A DNA stretch of 44,913 nt. Origin: an uncultured Methanosarcinales archaeon (GTDB taxonomy: Archaea > Nanobdellota > Nanobdellia > Woesearchaeales > SKGA01). Shown here in pieces: positions 1-10,136 of this stretch. The translations under genes and the position numbers were made by a program. Where the stretch lies: assembly GCA_964517565.1 (NCBI GenBank), contig CAZFEG010000002.1, positions 1-44,913 of the forward strand, in the 5' to 3' direction. Within the stretch, counting starts at the first letter, position 1, and every line of letters starts with the position of its first letter. The notes under the pieces were generated by a model. That model saw nothing but the letters and a program-made list of their open reading frames with translations. It was not told the origin of the DNA and made no database searches.

Positions 1-2
1 AT

Positions 3-1523
3 ACTATAACAAATTTTATTACTGGCGAGGAAGAGTTAATTAATGAGATAATTATTTCAAAAATAGAAAAAATCTTAACTCTTTCTTTAGATGAACAAGA
101 AATAAGTTTAACATCTTTTTTTAAAGAGAATTTTCCAGATATATCTATTAATTCTTTTTTTGAAAAACATTTTCCTAAAAAAAAAGCTCCTTCTGTTCGC
201 GTTTCCATAATTAAATCTTTCGAGAAGAAGCCTCAAAAAAGAACCATTCAAGATTTTGTTAAGCATTTTAATTTAAGATTTAAATTTCTTGAGCAATTAT
301 TAAAATCTCGTTCAGAATTATCTTCTTTAACTTCTATCAGTCGGTTGAAATCAAAAAAACCAAAAGAACGTGTTTCAGTTATAGGTATGATCTCTGAGAT
401 TAATTTAACAAAAAATGGTCATTATATTTTATTAGTTGAAGATCTTTCTGGAACTACTAAAGTTCTTATTCATAAAAATAATGCTGAATTAGTTATTGAG
501 GCCGAATCTCTTGTTCTTGATGAGGTTATTGGTATTGTTGGTTCTACTGGTAATGATATTGTTTTTTCTGAAACAATCATTCATCCAGATATTCCTTTAA
601 GTAAGGAATTAAAAAAATCTCCTTACGATAATTATGCTTTATTTTTCGGTGATATTCATTATGGTTCTAAAGAATTTTTAAAAAAAGAATTTATTCGTAT
701 GCTTTCATGGATTAATGGTAAAACAGGAACTATGGATCAAAGAAAAATTGCGAAAAAAGTAAAATACATTTTTTTAACTGGTGATGTGGTTGAGGGTGTT
801 GGTATTTATCCAAGTCAAGAAAATGATTTAGAAATTTTAGATATTCGTTCTCAATATGATTCTTTTGCAAAATATTTAGAGAAAATACCTTCCCACATTA
901 AAATAATTATTTGTCCAGGAAATCATGATGTTGGTCGTATTGCTGAACCTCAACTTCCTATTGATAAAGATTATGCAAAAGCTATATGGGCTTTACCAAA
1001 TGTAATAATGGTTTCAAATCCTGCTTATATTAGTGTTGATGTTTCTGATGATTTTCCTGGTATTGATGTTCTTATGTATCATGGTTATTCTCTTATTCAT
1101 TATGCTGATCAAGTTCCTGTACTTAGAAATCATGGTGGACAAAAAGTTGCTGACGAAATTATGGAGTTTTTATTAAAACGTAGACATCTTGCTCCAACTC
1201 ATGGTTCTGCATTGTATATTCCTGATGTTGTTGAAGATGGTTTACTTATAGATCCTATTCCTGATATTTTTGTCACAGGTCACATTCACCGCGCTCAATC
1301 AAGAGTATATCGTAACATCACTTGTATTAATAGTTCTGGTTGGACTGCTATTACTGATGATCAAGAAAAGAGAGGTTTAGAACCACAACCTGGAAGAATT
1401 TTTGTTGTTTCTCTTAAAACTCGCGAAGTTAAGATTCTTAATTTTTCTACAACCAAAGATGTTGGTTCTGTTGTTGAACGTAAGCGCTTACAAGCTCAAA
1501 GTCGCGCTAAGGTGAAAAGTTAA
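3..1523 (+). CDS. DNA polymerase II (PolD) small subunit DP1, 5'-partial. The frame is open back to the window edge, and the track start at 345 is an internal TTG.
   Basis: I translated frame 3 by hand from position 3 to 345 and found no stop. An OB-fold-like segment (VSVIGMISEINLTKNGHYILLVEDLSG) is followed by calcineurin/Mre11-type phosphoesterase motifs FFGDIHYGS, FLTGDVVEGVG, ICPGNHD, MYHGYS and FVTGHIHR, as is typical of DP1. Confidence 0.9.
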   Translation, partial: TITNFITGEEELINEIIISKIEKILTLSLDEQEISLTSFFKENFPDISINSFFEKHFPKKKAPSVRVSIIKSFEKKPQKRTIQDFVKHFNLRFKFLEQLLKSRSELSSLTSISRLKSKKPKERVSVIGMISEINLTKNGHYILLVEDLSGTTKVLIHKNNAELVIEAESLVLDEVIGIVGSTGNDIVFSETIIHPDIPLSKELKKSPYDNYALFFGDIHYGSKEFLKKEFIRMLSWINGKTGTMDQRKIAKKVKYIFLTGDVVEGVGIYPSQENDLEILDIRSQYDSFAKYLEKIPSHIKIIICPGNHDVGRIAEPQLPIDKDYAKAIWALPNVIMVSNPAYISVDVSDDFPGIDVLMYHGYSLIHYADQVPVLRNHGGQKVADEIMEFLLKRRHLAPTHGSALYIPDVVEDGLLIDPIPDIFVTGHIHRAQSRVYRNITCINSSGWTAITDDQEKRGLEPQPGRIFVVSLKTREVKILNFSTTKDVGSVVERKRLQAQSRAKVKS

Positions 1524-2024
1524 ATGTTTGTTCGTGCTAAGCTTGTGAAAGGTAATTCTTACGCTTATCTTGTCGAAAACAAATGGGTTAATGGTCGTGT
1601 AAAACAATTATCTAAAAAATATTTAGGTAGAGTTATTTTTTTAACGGATAAAAACACTTTTCCATCCCCTTCCGAGATAGATTTTTCAGAATCTAAACAA
1701 GCAATTATTAAACAAATTATTTGTTTGGAGTTCCTGCAATACAGTTTTACCTTAAATTCTAAAAAAACCATTTTATCTATGGATAATATTTCTATTAATT
1801 TATTAAAAGGAAAAATTAAGAAGAATAAGAAAGATATTGTTTTGTTTCTTAATGGTCGTTATGTATATGGTACTATTTTGTCTCAATTAATAGATTTCCT
1901 CCAACCAGAGTCTCATGAAGATACTAAAGGTGAAAAACTTGCTACAGCATTTAGTGATGCAGGTATATCTATTTCTCAGGATCAATTTATTCAATTATAC
2001 AAAAAAATATATTTTAATGTTTAA
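1524..2024 (+). CDS. Hypothetical protein (166 aa) whose ATG directly abuts the DP1 stop codon
   Basis: The long ORF has a TAA|ATG junction at 1521-1526. I recognise no family. The N-terminus is MFVRAKLVKGNSYAYLVENKWVNGRVKQLSKKYLGRV. Confidence 0.5.
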   Translation: MFVRAKLVKGNSYAYLVENKWVNGRVKQLSKKYLGRVIFLTDKNTFPSPSEIDFSESKQAIIKQIICLEFLQYSFTLNSKKTILSMDNISINLLKGKIKKNKKDIVLFLNGRYVYGTILSQLIDFLQPESHEDTKGEKLATAFSDAGISISQDQFIQLYKKIYFNV

Positions 2025-2026
2025 TT

Positions 2027-2362
2027 TTAGTCAAAATATTTTTTTAATTTTGTACCTATGTAGAGTCCAGCAAAATAGATAATTATTATAAGAAATTTAT
2101 TATAACTGAAAATAAGTAGGCCTATAAGAAATATTAGCACATTAATTATAATAATTATGTCTATTTCTGGTTTAAATAATTTTGTGCTTGTAAACAAAAG
2201 GCCAGCAAGAATTGCGATGAAGAATATGAGTGGTGTTTTTCCTATTACCCAAGAGAGGAGTAATCCTCCAAAAAAACTTAATAAAACAAAGTATACGAAC
2301 CAATAGTCCTCTATATTTGATAATTGTTTACCAATATTTCCAAGGATGCCTGCTATTGCCAT
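2027..2362 (-). CDS. Small integral membrane protein (111 aa)
   Basis: The translation has three to four hydrophobic spans. No family motif was recognised. Confidence 0.5.
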   Translation of the reverse strand: MAIAGILGNIGKQLSNIEDYWFVYFVLLSFFGGLLLSWVIGKTPLIFFIAILAGLLFTSTKLFKPEIDIIIIINVLIFLIGLLIFSYNKFLIIIIYFAGLYIGTKLKKYFD

Positions 2363-2403
2363 TTTAAGAAATTCTTATATAATTTTTAATATTCTTATCT
2401 TTT

Positions 2404-2676
2404 ATGTTTTTATTTAAATTATTCGGTTTTTTAGATTTTTTAGTGGCTATTTTGCTATTTGTAACACCTGATCATATTGCTCCTATAAGGCTTCTTATCG
2501 GCGCAGGCTTATATCTTATAGCTAAAGGAGTTATCTATAAAGGTGATTTGTTAAGTGCTATAGATCTTTCTATAGGAGTATATTGTCTTCTAGCAATTAT
2601 TTTCCCAATCACTTTTCTAAGTTTTTTAACAGGAATTTATTTATTTCTTAAAGGATTTTATTCTATGATTATTTAG
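2404..2676 (+). CDS. Small integral membrane protein (90 aa)
   Basis: The sequence is hydrophobic throughout, with about three TM spans. Confidence 0.45.
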   Translation: MFLFKLFGFLDFLVAILLFVTPDHIAPIRLLIGAGLYLIAKGVIYKGDLLSAIDLSIGVYCLLAIIFPITFLSFLTGIYLFLKGFYSMII

Positions 2677-3410
2677 ATATGTTTTCGTAGATATTTATTG
2701 AATAAAACCCAGAACAATCCTCCTATGAGAACAGCAATCATTGGCGCGTAATATGCACTTATTATTGTTGCTATTGCAAAGGCTATTGAGAATATGAATA
2801 ATACAAAGTAAGGTAGTTTTCTTGAATAAAACAAGTGCACCCCTATATTGTTTGGTGCTGGTATAAGTGCGAAAACTGCGAATAGTGCTGCAATAATCAT
2901 TCCATGATGAAAAAAATATAATCCCGTTACAAGATAGGTCATTTGAAAGAATATTGATAGGAAAATGCACGCTATTGGTGCTGTTGCAAGTATGAGAAAT
3001 ATGTCTTTTTTGTTTTCTCCAGGGAGAACAACACCGTGTCTTAGTCTTGCAATTGTTTCTGTTTCAATCATTCCTGGGAAAAAAATAGGTAAATAACTGT
3101 TTGTTATGAAACTTAATACGAAGCCCACAAGTAAACCTTCAAACCAAGATTTATATGTTGCAGTATATTTTTTTCGTATTGCAATAATTTTTGTTACTGC
3201 TATAAATATAAACAAAATTATTCCTATGAGTATAATCATTGTTAGAATTCTTGAGAGAATGTTTGTTATTGTGAGTTCTATATCTTGCCAGAAGAATTTG
3301 GCGAAGAACATAAACATAGTTATTGCTATGATAATTGTTGTAATAATCATACCTCTTATTTCGCTTGGATTAAACGAAAAGTACCTTTTAAAATGGTATT
3401 GATATGTCAT
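2673..3410 (-). CDS. Multi-pass membrane protein (245 aa)
   Basis: There are six or more hydrophobic spans. No HExxH or other catalytic motif was seen. The antisense and alternative-frame ORFs at 2695-2970, 3106-3402 and 3285-3644 are judged spurious. Confidence 0.6.
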   Translation of the reverse strand: MTYQYHFKRYFSFNPSEIRGMIITTIIIAITMFMFFAKFFWQDIELTITNILSRILTMIILIGIILFIFIAVTKIIAIRKKYTATYKSWFEGLLVGFVLSFITNSYLPIFFPGMIETETIARLRHGVVLPGENKKDIFLILATAPIACIFLSIFFQMTYLVTGLYFFHHGMIIAALFAVFALIPAPNNIGVHLFYSRKLPYFVLFIFSIAFAIATIISAYYAPMIAVLIGGLFWVLFNKYLRKHI

Positions 3411-3482
3411 TATTCTTCTTTTGAGAATATATTGTTTAAATACTTTGCTTTAATATGGTCTTTTCAAAGAAGTATTAATGTC

Positions 3483-3890
3483 TTAAATGTTGGTTTTTAT
3501 AGAATATTTTGTACCACAAGCTTGACATTTAACAAAATAAATTCCTGTATCTTTTGTTATTGTTGTGTCTGGTTTTCCGCATTCTTTACATATTACGAAT
3601 TGATCTGTGAATTGTTGTACTCGTTCATTTATTTTGTTTGCTGAAAGTTTCGTGTTGAATATAACGAATGTTCCTTCTACTTGTCCTTTTGTTGCAAGTT
3701 GTTTTTCAACATATTTTACAAGCAAAGGTACTTTTCTTCCGAGTGTTGTTGCTATTTGTTTAAAATTACTAATTACTGTTTTATTTCCTTGAAGATGTCC
3801 TTTTACTTTAGGTATTTGAAATCTTTCTCCTTTATTTGTATCTTCAGGTAAAAGTTCTCGGCCTCTTTGTAACATTGCTTCGTAATCCAT
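3483..3890 (-). CDS. eif2b: Translation initiation factor aIF2 beta subunit
   Basis: The layout matches archaeal aIF2-beta: RFQIPKVKGHLQGNKTVISNFKQIA...LVKYVEKQLATKGQVEG, followed by a C-terminal zinc ribbon CKECGKPDT...CQACG. Confidence 0.9.
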   Translation of the reverse strand: MDYEAMLQRGRELLPEDTNKGERFQIPKVKGHLQGNKTVISNFKQIATTLGRKVPLLVKYVEKQLATKGQVEGTFVIFNTKLSANKINERVQQFTDQFVICKECGKPDTTITKDTGIYFVKCQACGTKYSIKTNI

Positions 3891-3938
3891 TGTATTTGAG
3901 AAAAGAAGTCTTCTTTTTAAAGCTTCTTATGCTTTTAT

Positions 3939-6900
3939 TTAAAATCCTGTGAGACTCGTTTGCTTTTCTTTTTCTTTACCAAACACATCCAAGATTCGTT
4001 TTTGTGTGAGTTGAAGTGTTTCTTTAAGATATGGTGAAACATTATATTCTTCAGCCAGGTTGATACTCATCTGCATATATTTAATTATTGATCCTTCTGA
4101 TATGGTAAAGATTATCTTTCCACCGCAAGTAGTACATTTTCCAACAAGTGGTGGTCTTCTGTATTTTTCGTTACAATGTACGCAGCGAAATTTTTGGAGT
4201 GAGAATTTTCTCAAATTACCTTTTGTATCTCTTATGAAATGTTTTTCTATTATAAGTCTTGCAACGTCTGTTGTATCAACAGCACGTATTTTTTTTGCTA
4301 AAGCCATTTGCCCGTCTATTTTTTCTTTCATAGAAGGGATTGTTTTGTATGCTGAGCAGAGCACTCCTGAATTTATATTGTCTGTGTCATGTGTGAACAT
4401 CATTCCTTCAAATTGTTCTTCTGTGAATAATGTATTATTTATTTGTTTAATTTTTATATCCCAAGGATATTTATATTCTTCACAAGCTTTATAAAATTCC
4501 AAAGGATATTTGTCAACGATATCCACATTAAATGCCATGTCATCAACTTCTGCAGGGTTGAGGAGTGTTGTAAGTACAATGGGGGCATCCATTGTTGATC
4601 CTCTGCTTGTTCCTAAAAATTTTTGTGAAAAATTAAGAAATGCATCCATAAGTAGGAATGCGCACGATTCATCTCCGTCACAGTCTCGCCTCATTGCAGC
4701 GTGATAAAGGGGGTGTGCTAGAAATCCTTGTGTTTTTGAAAAACCAATTATTCTTCCAATCATTCCTGCAGATGTGTGTGGTGCGAGTCCTATTATGAGT
4801 TGTCCTATGAGATCTTTTGTTTTTTTCGCATTATAGTATGCTGGTAAATTGTAGAGTTGTTGTAGTTCTTCATCAATAAATTTTGTTGCATTAAGTAATA
4901 TTTCTGCACTACCTTTGTCTGGAGAAACATCTGATGCTGGCAAAACTACATCTTGTGCTCGTAATTCTAGAACTTGGTTTTCATTTTCTAATGTTTTTCC
5001 ATAAACATCTTTTTTATATCCTAATTGTTTTAATCTGTTGATCGAAGTTCCTATTTCTTTTGGTTTAAAGTGTGTGAGTGTTATTTCGCTTGCATCAAAT
5101 CGTATTGTTCCGTCTTTGTTTACTGCAACATCGTTTTTTGCTCTAAGTATTGCTTTCAATAAATGTTCGGGGGTTTTGTCTCTTCCAACCGTTCCCCTCA
5201 CTCCTTTAATAAGGTCTGGATATATTTTTGTATCCATTTTTTTAAGGCAATAAGAAAAGAGATCTTTAATTGGCACGTTCCATTCTTTATAATCTGAATA
5301 TTGTTTATCTGGGTGTTTCTCTGCTTCTTCAGGGCTAATTTCTTCTCCTGTTTTCCAGTCAATTTTTTGTCGTATGGTTTTTGTTTCACACATATCACAT
5401 ATAGAAAAAGGTGTTCTGTTTTTACATTGAGGACATAAAAATACTGGAAATAAACTCGTTACTTTTCCTGCAATGAGTGCTGATTGAAAACTTCTTAACC
5501 GGCCGCCATCATTTCCTACTGGAAAAAGTCCGTGTGGTGAACCAGTCATTTTTCTCATTTTTGCTTTTTCTGGTCGACCCATTCGACCCCCAATAAATAT
5601 TCCTGACAAATCTTTGATGATAACAGGACTAATAATGTTGATAAGTTTTAGACTTTCTGTTTCTCCTTCATTTATTTGTTCGTTAATTATTTTCTCAATG
5701 TGTTTTGCATCGAGTGCTGATTTTATTTGTAATGTTTCACTAATTGCAAACACTGTTTCTCCTGTAATGCTTACCGTTTCATCTTTTACTTTGTGTGGAA
5801 CCCCCAATAATTCGAGCGCTCTTTTTCCTTTTTTAAATTCTTCTTTTAAGGGAATATTTATTTTTGGGATTTCTAGAAAGAATTCTGCATTTGATAGCCA
5901 ACGAACTAATTCTAAAAGTTGTTTTGTGTTTATTTCTTTGTAAAAAAATATGTGTTCTGGATGGAGAGGAATATTTAATCCGAGAGAAAGTTTTTTTGCC
6001 ATTTCATAAGATATTTTTGTTGTGTGTGGTTTTTCAAATATTTTTTTCAAATCGTTTTCATCTATATCATATGTTTTTGTGCAGAATTGTATTCTTGCTG
6101 CGTCATCTATTTTATATTCTTTGCTTGTTTGTTCGCTAAATTCTTCATCAATTGCTTTTTTGAGTTCTAGTAACCAATATTCTTCAGAGTATCCTGAGGG
6201 GATAAGCATGTGTGCTCTGTCAAAGAAGTCACCGTAGTTTACAAGGACATCCCCCAAATAGAGTATTTCTTTTACTTCTTTTGTTATTTTGTTTCCTTCT
6301 TCTTCTGAAGAAATATAAAGAACACTTCCGTCGTTAAGTTTTACTATTGGTCCTCTGATTGTGTCGCATGGAGTGAATGCTGCAGCTTTTCCTGGTCGTT
6401 CAACTTTAAGTTGTGTTCCTGTTGCGATAAAGTCATCTAGTACACTCATTGTTGCAGGGTGTATGCTTTGTCCTGAGTATCCGCTAGCACGTCCACGTCC
6501 GTATCTTAATCGAAAACCGCCGCTTCTCATAGGGTGTGCAAGAACAGGTCTTCCACCAACCAAATCTTTTACAAAGGTTGCATCTGGCTTTACTTTTTCT
6601 TCACTTGCATTATCTGTTTTTTCTTCTTGCGTATTTTCTGCATCTTTTGCTTTTAGTTCTTTTTGAAATTTAATGTGTTTTTCTAGAAAGTTCCAGTCAT
6701 CCATGCCAAAGTCTTTTCCCCAGTTTCCTAGTTGTTTCCAGAGTTTTGGTGCTTTCAAAGGGATGCATGATGAATGTATAAGACAATACCCGCTTCGTAG
6801 AAAATTAGTTTCTACTCGCTTAAGATCTTTGAGGCTTGCGTTGGATAATTCTCTTTTTTCAGATGGATCCCCCGCTATTTCAACAGGAATATTTTCTAAT

Positions 6901-7607
6901 AAAAATTCTGTTTCTTCTTTGAATGGGAAGTATTGTAAGTTAGCAACATATTGATGGTAATCTTCTAGTTCTGCATAGCATCGTCGTATCTCTTTTTCGT
7001 CAGGATCATATTTTGCGTAGCCCATTTGTTTTCGAACGTAGTCTGCGATAAGGACGCTTGTTGCTGCCGCTGTTCCTCCCGCATTTCGTATTGGTCCTGA
7101 ATAATTGAGTCTGAAGTATTCTCCTTTTCCATCTCTTCGAGGTTTTATGTCTATACTTGTCAATCCTTCAAGAGGTGCAGAGACAACACCTACAGTTACA
7201 TATGCGAATCCTGTTCGTATTCCCACTTCTATTGCTTCTTTTTTATCTTCGAATGTGCAGAATTTTTCTTGAGCTATTTCGTGTGCTATTTTGAAAGCAA
7301 CTCTCCAATCTTGTGAACTGTATTCTTTTTCAAGTTCAATAATTCTCTCAACAACTCCACTCCCAATAATTTGTGGTGCTACAAAAGCTATAATTCCTAC
7401 AACTCTTTCAGCCATATTTTTAGCTAGCGTTATTTCAACGTAATCTTCTGGGTCAAAGCCTTTTTTTCTGGCTTTTTGAGCTATCGCGTATGCTTCTTGA
7501 GTTTTATTTTCTAATTCTTCGAAGTATCTATTAATAGAAGGGCTACAAGCCATGTCTGTTTCAATCATTGTGCTATACCGTATAAGGGTTGAGTTCAATT
7601 TTAGCAA
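3939..7607 (-). CDS. DNA polymerase II (PolD) large catalytic subunit DP2
   Basis: The size (1222 aa) is typical for DP2. It has several Cys4 zinc modules (CPQCKNRTPFSICDMCE; CVHCNEKYRRPPLVGKCTTCGG) and conserved blocks such as GGRPVLAHPMRSGGFRLRYGRGR and LAPHTSAGMIGRIIGF. The real start may be ATG at 7568 (MIETD) or 7553 (MACSP). Confidence 0.95.
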   Translation of the reverse strand: MLKLNSTLIRYSTMIETDMACSPSINRYFEELENKTQEAYAIAQKARKKGFDPEDYVEITLAKNMAERVVGIIAFVAPQIIGSGVVERIIELEKEYSSQDWRVAFKIAHEIAQEKFCTFEDKKEAIEVGIRTGFAYVTVGVVSAPLEGLTSIDIKPRRDGKGEYFRLNYSGPIRNAGGTAAATSVLIADYVRKQMGYAKYDPDEKEIRRCYAELEDYHQYVANLQYFPFKEETEFLLENIPVEIAGDPSEKRELSNASLKDLKRVETNFLRSGYCLIHSSCIPLKAPKLWKQLGNWGKDFGMDDWNFLEKHIKFQKELKAKDAENTQEEKTDNASEEKVKPDATFVKDLVGGRPVLAHPMRSGGFRLRYGRGRASGYSGQSIHPATMSVLDDFIATGTQLKVERPGKAAAFTPCDTIRGPIVKLNDGSVLYISSEEEGNKITKEVKEILYLGDVLVNYGDFFDRAHMLIPSGYSEEYWLLELKKAIDEEFSEQTSKEYKIDDAARIQFCTKTYDIDENDLKKIFEKPHTTKISYEMAKKLSLGLNIPLHPEHIFFYKEINTKQLLELVRWLSNAEFFLEIPKINIPLKEEFKKGKRALELLGVPHKVKDETVSITGETVFAISETLQIKSALDAKHIEKIINEQINEGETESLKLINIISPVIIKDLSGIFIGGRMGRPEKAKMRKMTGSPHGLFPVGNDGGRLRSFQSALIAGKVTSLFPVFLCPQCKNRTPFSICDMCETKTIRQKIDWKTGEEISPEEAEKHPDKQYSDYKEWNVPIKDLFSYCLKKMDTKIYPDLIKGVRGTVGRDKTPEHLLKAILRAKNDVAVNKDGTIRFDASEITLTHFKPKEIGTSINRLKQLGYKKDVYGKTLENENQVLELRAQDVVLPASDVSPDKGSAEILLNATKFIDEELQQLYNLPAYYNAKKTKDLIGQLIIGLAPHTSAGMIGRIIGFSKTQGFLAHPLYHAAMRRDCDGDESCAFLLMDAFLNFSQKFLGTSRGSTMDAPIVLTTLLNPAEVDDMAFNVDIVDKYPLEFYKACEEYKYPWDIKIKQINNTLFTEEQFEGMMFTHDTDNINSGVLCSAYKTIPSMKEKIDGQMALAKKIRAVDTTDVARLIIEKHFIRDTKGNLRKFSLQKFRCVHCNEKYRRPPLVGKCTTCGGKIIFTISEGSIIKYMQMSINLAEEYNVSPYLKETLQLTQKRILDVFGKEKEKQTSLTGF

Positions 7608-7737
7608 TATTTATGACTTTATATATGTACCGCCTTCGTTTTTTATTTATTAGATTTTCACATATTTTTTTCACAAAATATTTTTTCCATTTTTGTCTTT
7701 TCGAGGCTCTTTTAGCACTAGACAACTTACCCTTATG

Positions 7738-7746
7738 TTTATAAAA
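7738..7746 (+). promoter_or_regulatory. TATA box (TTTATAAAA) for hef. Its spacing implies a leaderless or near-leaderless mRNA.
   Basis: TTTATAAAA lies about 23-31 nt upstream of the ATG at 7769, and no SD sequence lies between them. Confidence 0.4.
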
Positions 7747-7768
7747 CAATCTTGGTTTTTTTCAACTC

Positions 7769-10024
7769 ATGCTCAAAGACTTTTCACCAAGAGAATATCA
7801 AGCAGACATTTTCTCTACAGCTGCACAGTATAATACTTTAGTAGTTTTACCTACTGGTCTCGGTAAAACCGCAATTGCTATGATGTTAGCTGCTCGTCGT
7901 CAATTAAATTATCCATCTAGTAAAGTTGTTATTCTTGCTCCAACAAAACCTCTTGTTGAACAGCATGCAAAATCTTTCAAAGATCAATTTATGTTGTCTT
8001 CTGATTCTTTTGCACTTTTTACAGGTGCTGTTTCTCCAAAGAAACGTCACGAATTATGGAAGTCTGCCCGTTTCATTTTTTCAACACCTCAGTCTTTAGA
8101 AAACGATATTTTGAGTGGGAAATTATCTTTTGAAGATGTTTCTTTACTTGTTGTTGATGAGGCTCACCGCGCAGTGGGTGATTATGCTTATGTTTTTTTA
8201 GCAAGTAAGTATGTTGATCAAGCTCGCCATCCAAAAATTCTTGCTCTTACAGCATCTCCTGGTACGACAAAAGAAAAAATTGATGAAGTTGCTGCACATG
8301 TTTTTGCAGAAAAAATAGAATATCGAAAGATTACAGATAAAGATGTTGCAAAGTTCGCTCAAGGTTCAGATATTTCTTGGGAAACTGTTGTTTTGTCTGA
8401 AGACAATAAAAGAATTGTTGCATATTTGCAAAAATGTTATCTTTCTAAACTAGAAAAAGTAAAAGAATTTAGTTTACTAAAGTATGCTCCTTCTTCTTAC
8501 AAAAAAATTGCTCTGCTTGAATTACAAAGATCCTTACATCAAGCAGTTTCAAAAGATATGTATACTCCTGAACATTTACAGTCTATTAGTTTGCTTGCTG
8601 AAGCTCTTAAAGTACAACATGCTTTAGAACTTGCAGAGACTCAAACATTGTATGCCCTTCATGAATATTTATATGGAATTCTTTCATCTGCAAGAACTGC
8701 AAAAACTCGTGCCGTAAAAAATTTAGCAAGGGATCCTTTTTTCCTTTCTGCACTTTCCTTGACAAGAGATTTATTGAAAGACAATAAAGAACATCCTAAG
8801 TTACATTTACTTGCTGAAAAAGTAAAACAATTTCTTCAATCACGAGAAAACGCTAAAATAATTATTTTTACCCAGTACCGAAATACTGCTCTTCGTGTTG
8901 AAGAAACAATTAAATCTTTTTGTTCTTCTTCGCTTTTTTTTGGTCAGCAGAAAAAGAATGGTATTGGTTTTTCTCAAAAAAAACAAAAAGAAGTTCTTGA
9001 TCGTTTTCGTGAAAATGATTTTTCTTGTCTTATTGCCACAAGTGTTGCAGAAGAAGGTTTGGATATTCCTTCTGTTGATGCGGTTTTCTTTTATGAACCT
9101 ATTCCTAGTGCTATTCGTTCTGTTCAGCGAAGAGGAAGAACGGGGCGACATACGCGTGGTTTTGTCACTGTTTTTTTAACAAAAGATACTCGTGACGAAG
9201 CATACAGGTGGGTTGCTTTTCATAAAGAAAAACGCATGTATTCTCTTCTTGATTCAATGTCTAAACAAGGGTCTATTCAACTTATGGGTAAAAAGGAACA
9301 AAGTACTCTTGAAGATTTTTCTGCACCTTCTTCAAAAAATGTACAAAATGAATTCAGGCCAAAAGTTGTTGCTGATTTTCGAGAGAAGGGTTCTCCTGTT
9401 CTTAAGATTCTTTCAAAGTATAATGTTGACCTTGAATTAAAGCAACTTAGTGTCGGGGATTTTATTCTTTCAAAAAATGTTTGTGTTGAATATAAAATCG
9501 CTTCAGATTTTGTAGATTCTATTGTTGATGGTCGTTTGTTAACTCAGTTGCGTTCTTTATCTCAATATACAAAACCAATTATTCTTATTGAAGGCGACCC
9601 TTTATTATATCTTTCAAGGAATGTGTCTGCTTCTGCAGTGCGAGGTATGCTTGCAACTATTGTTTTGTCTTATAAAATTCCTATTCTGCATTCTAGTTCT
9701 CCTTTAGAGACTGCTAAACTTCTTATTCTTCTAGCTTCTAAAGAACAAGAAGATTCTAAAGAAACGTTTTCATATCATTCAGCTAAACCTCTTGATGATG
9801 CTGCTTTACAAGAATATATTATTGGAAGTTTTCCTCAAATTGGTGGTGTCTTAGCAAAGTCCTTATTAGAAAATTTTGATTCTTTACATAAATTCTTGTC
9901 TTCTTCTGAGGCGGATTTAAAAAATATTTCTTTAATCGGAACAAAAAAAGCTGCAGAGTTATATCGTTTTTTTCATTTATCTTATTCTCAATCAAAAAAT
10001 AAACATTTGAAGAGCATTAAATAA
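7769..10024 (+). CDS. hef: Hef (helicase-associated endonuclease for fork-structured DNA), an XPF/FANCM-family protein
   Basis: The N-terminal SF2 helicase carries VVLPTGLGKT, VVDEAHRA, LTASPG, TSVAEEGLDIP and QRRGRTGR. The C-terminal ERCC4 nuclease carries VADFRE...GDFILS...VEYK, followed by an HhH2-like tail. Confidence 0.9.
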   Translation: MLKDFSPREYQADIFSTAAQYNTLVVLPTGLGKTAIAMMLAARRQLNYPSSKVVILAPTKPLVEQHAKSFKDQFMLSSDSFALFTGAVSPKKRHELWKSARFIFSTPQSLENDILSGKLSFEDVSLLVVDEAHRAVGDYAYVFLASKYVDQARHPKILALTASPGTTKEKIDEVAAHVFAEKIEYRKITDKDVAKFAQGSDISWETVVLSEDNKRIVAYLQKCYLSKLEKVKEFSLLKYAPSSYKKIALLELQRSLHQAVSKDMYTPEHLQSISLLAEALKVQHALELAETQTLYALHEYLYGILSSARTAKTRAVKNLARDPFFLSALSLTRDLLKDNKEHPKLHLLAEKVKQFLQSRENAKIIIFTQYRNTALRVEETIKSFCSSSLFFGQQKKNGIGFSQKKQKEVLDRFRENDFSCLIATSVAEEGLDIPSVDAVFFYEPIPSAIRSVQRRGRTGRHTRGFVTVFLTKDTRDEAYRWVAFHKEKRMYSLLDSMSKQGSIQLMGKKEQSTLEDFSAPSSKNVQNEFRPKVVADFREKGSPVLKILSKYNVDLELKQLSVGDFILSKNVCVEYKIASDFVDSIVDGRLLTQLRSLSQYTKPIILIEGDPLLYLSRNVSASAVRGMLATIVLSYKIPILHSSSPLETAKLLILLASKEQEDSKETFSYHSAKPLDDAALQEYIIGSFPQIGGVLAKSLLENFDSLHKFLSSSEADLKNISLIGTKKAAELYRFFHLSYSQSKNKHLKSIK

Positions 10025-10136
10025 TTCTATGCTTCGCCGTGATTTGAACATTCATTTAAGGATTCATTTTTAATTAAGTTTATATATAGCTTCTGTTAAT
10101 ACATGAGTATTCTATTACTATACGAGGTGTATATAT

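Noticed and set aside
2673-3410. Site-2-protease-like annotation for the 245-aa membrane protein
   Set aside because: There is no HExxH or LDG-type catalytic motif, and only the general topology is similar.
4060-6954. Multiple 60-144-aa plus-strand ORFs antisense to PolD DP2, and similar antisense or alternate-frame ORFs inside hef, the aminopeptidase gene, the primase gene, the r-protein genes, gyrA, scpB and the surface-protein gene
   Set aside because: They are low-complexity, Phe/Leu/Ser/Ile-rich translations typical of the antisense of AT-rich coding DNA. Each is nested in a gene with strong family evidence.
3939-10024. Inteins or frameshifts in the large replication genes (PolD DP2 and Hef here; also GyrA and RadA elsewhere in the window)
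   Set aside because: All are single uninterrupted ORFs of typical length. Family motifs are contiguous, and I saw no intein block-like insertions.
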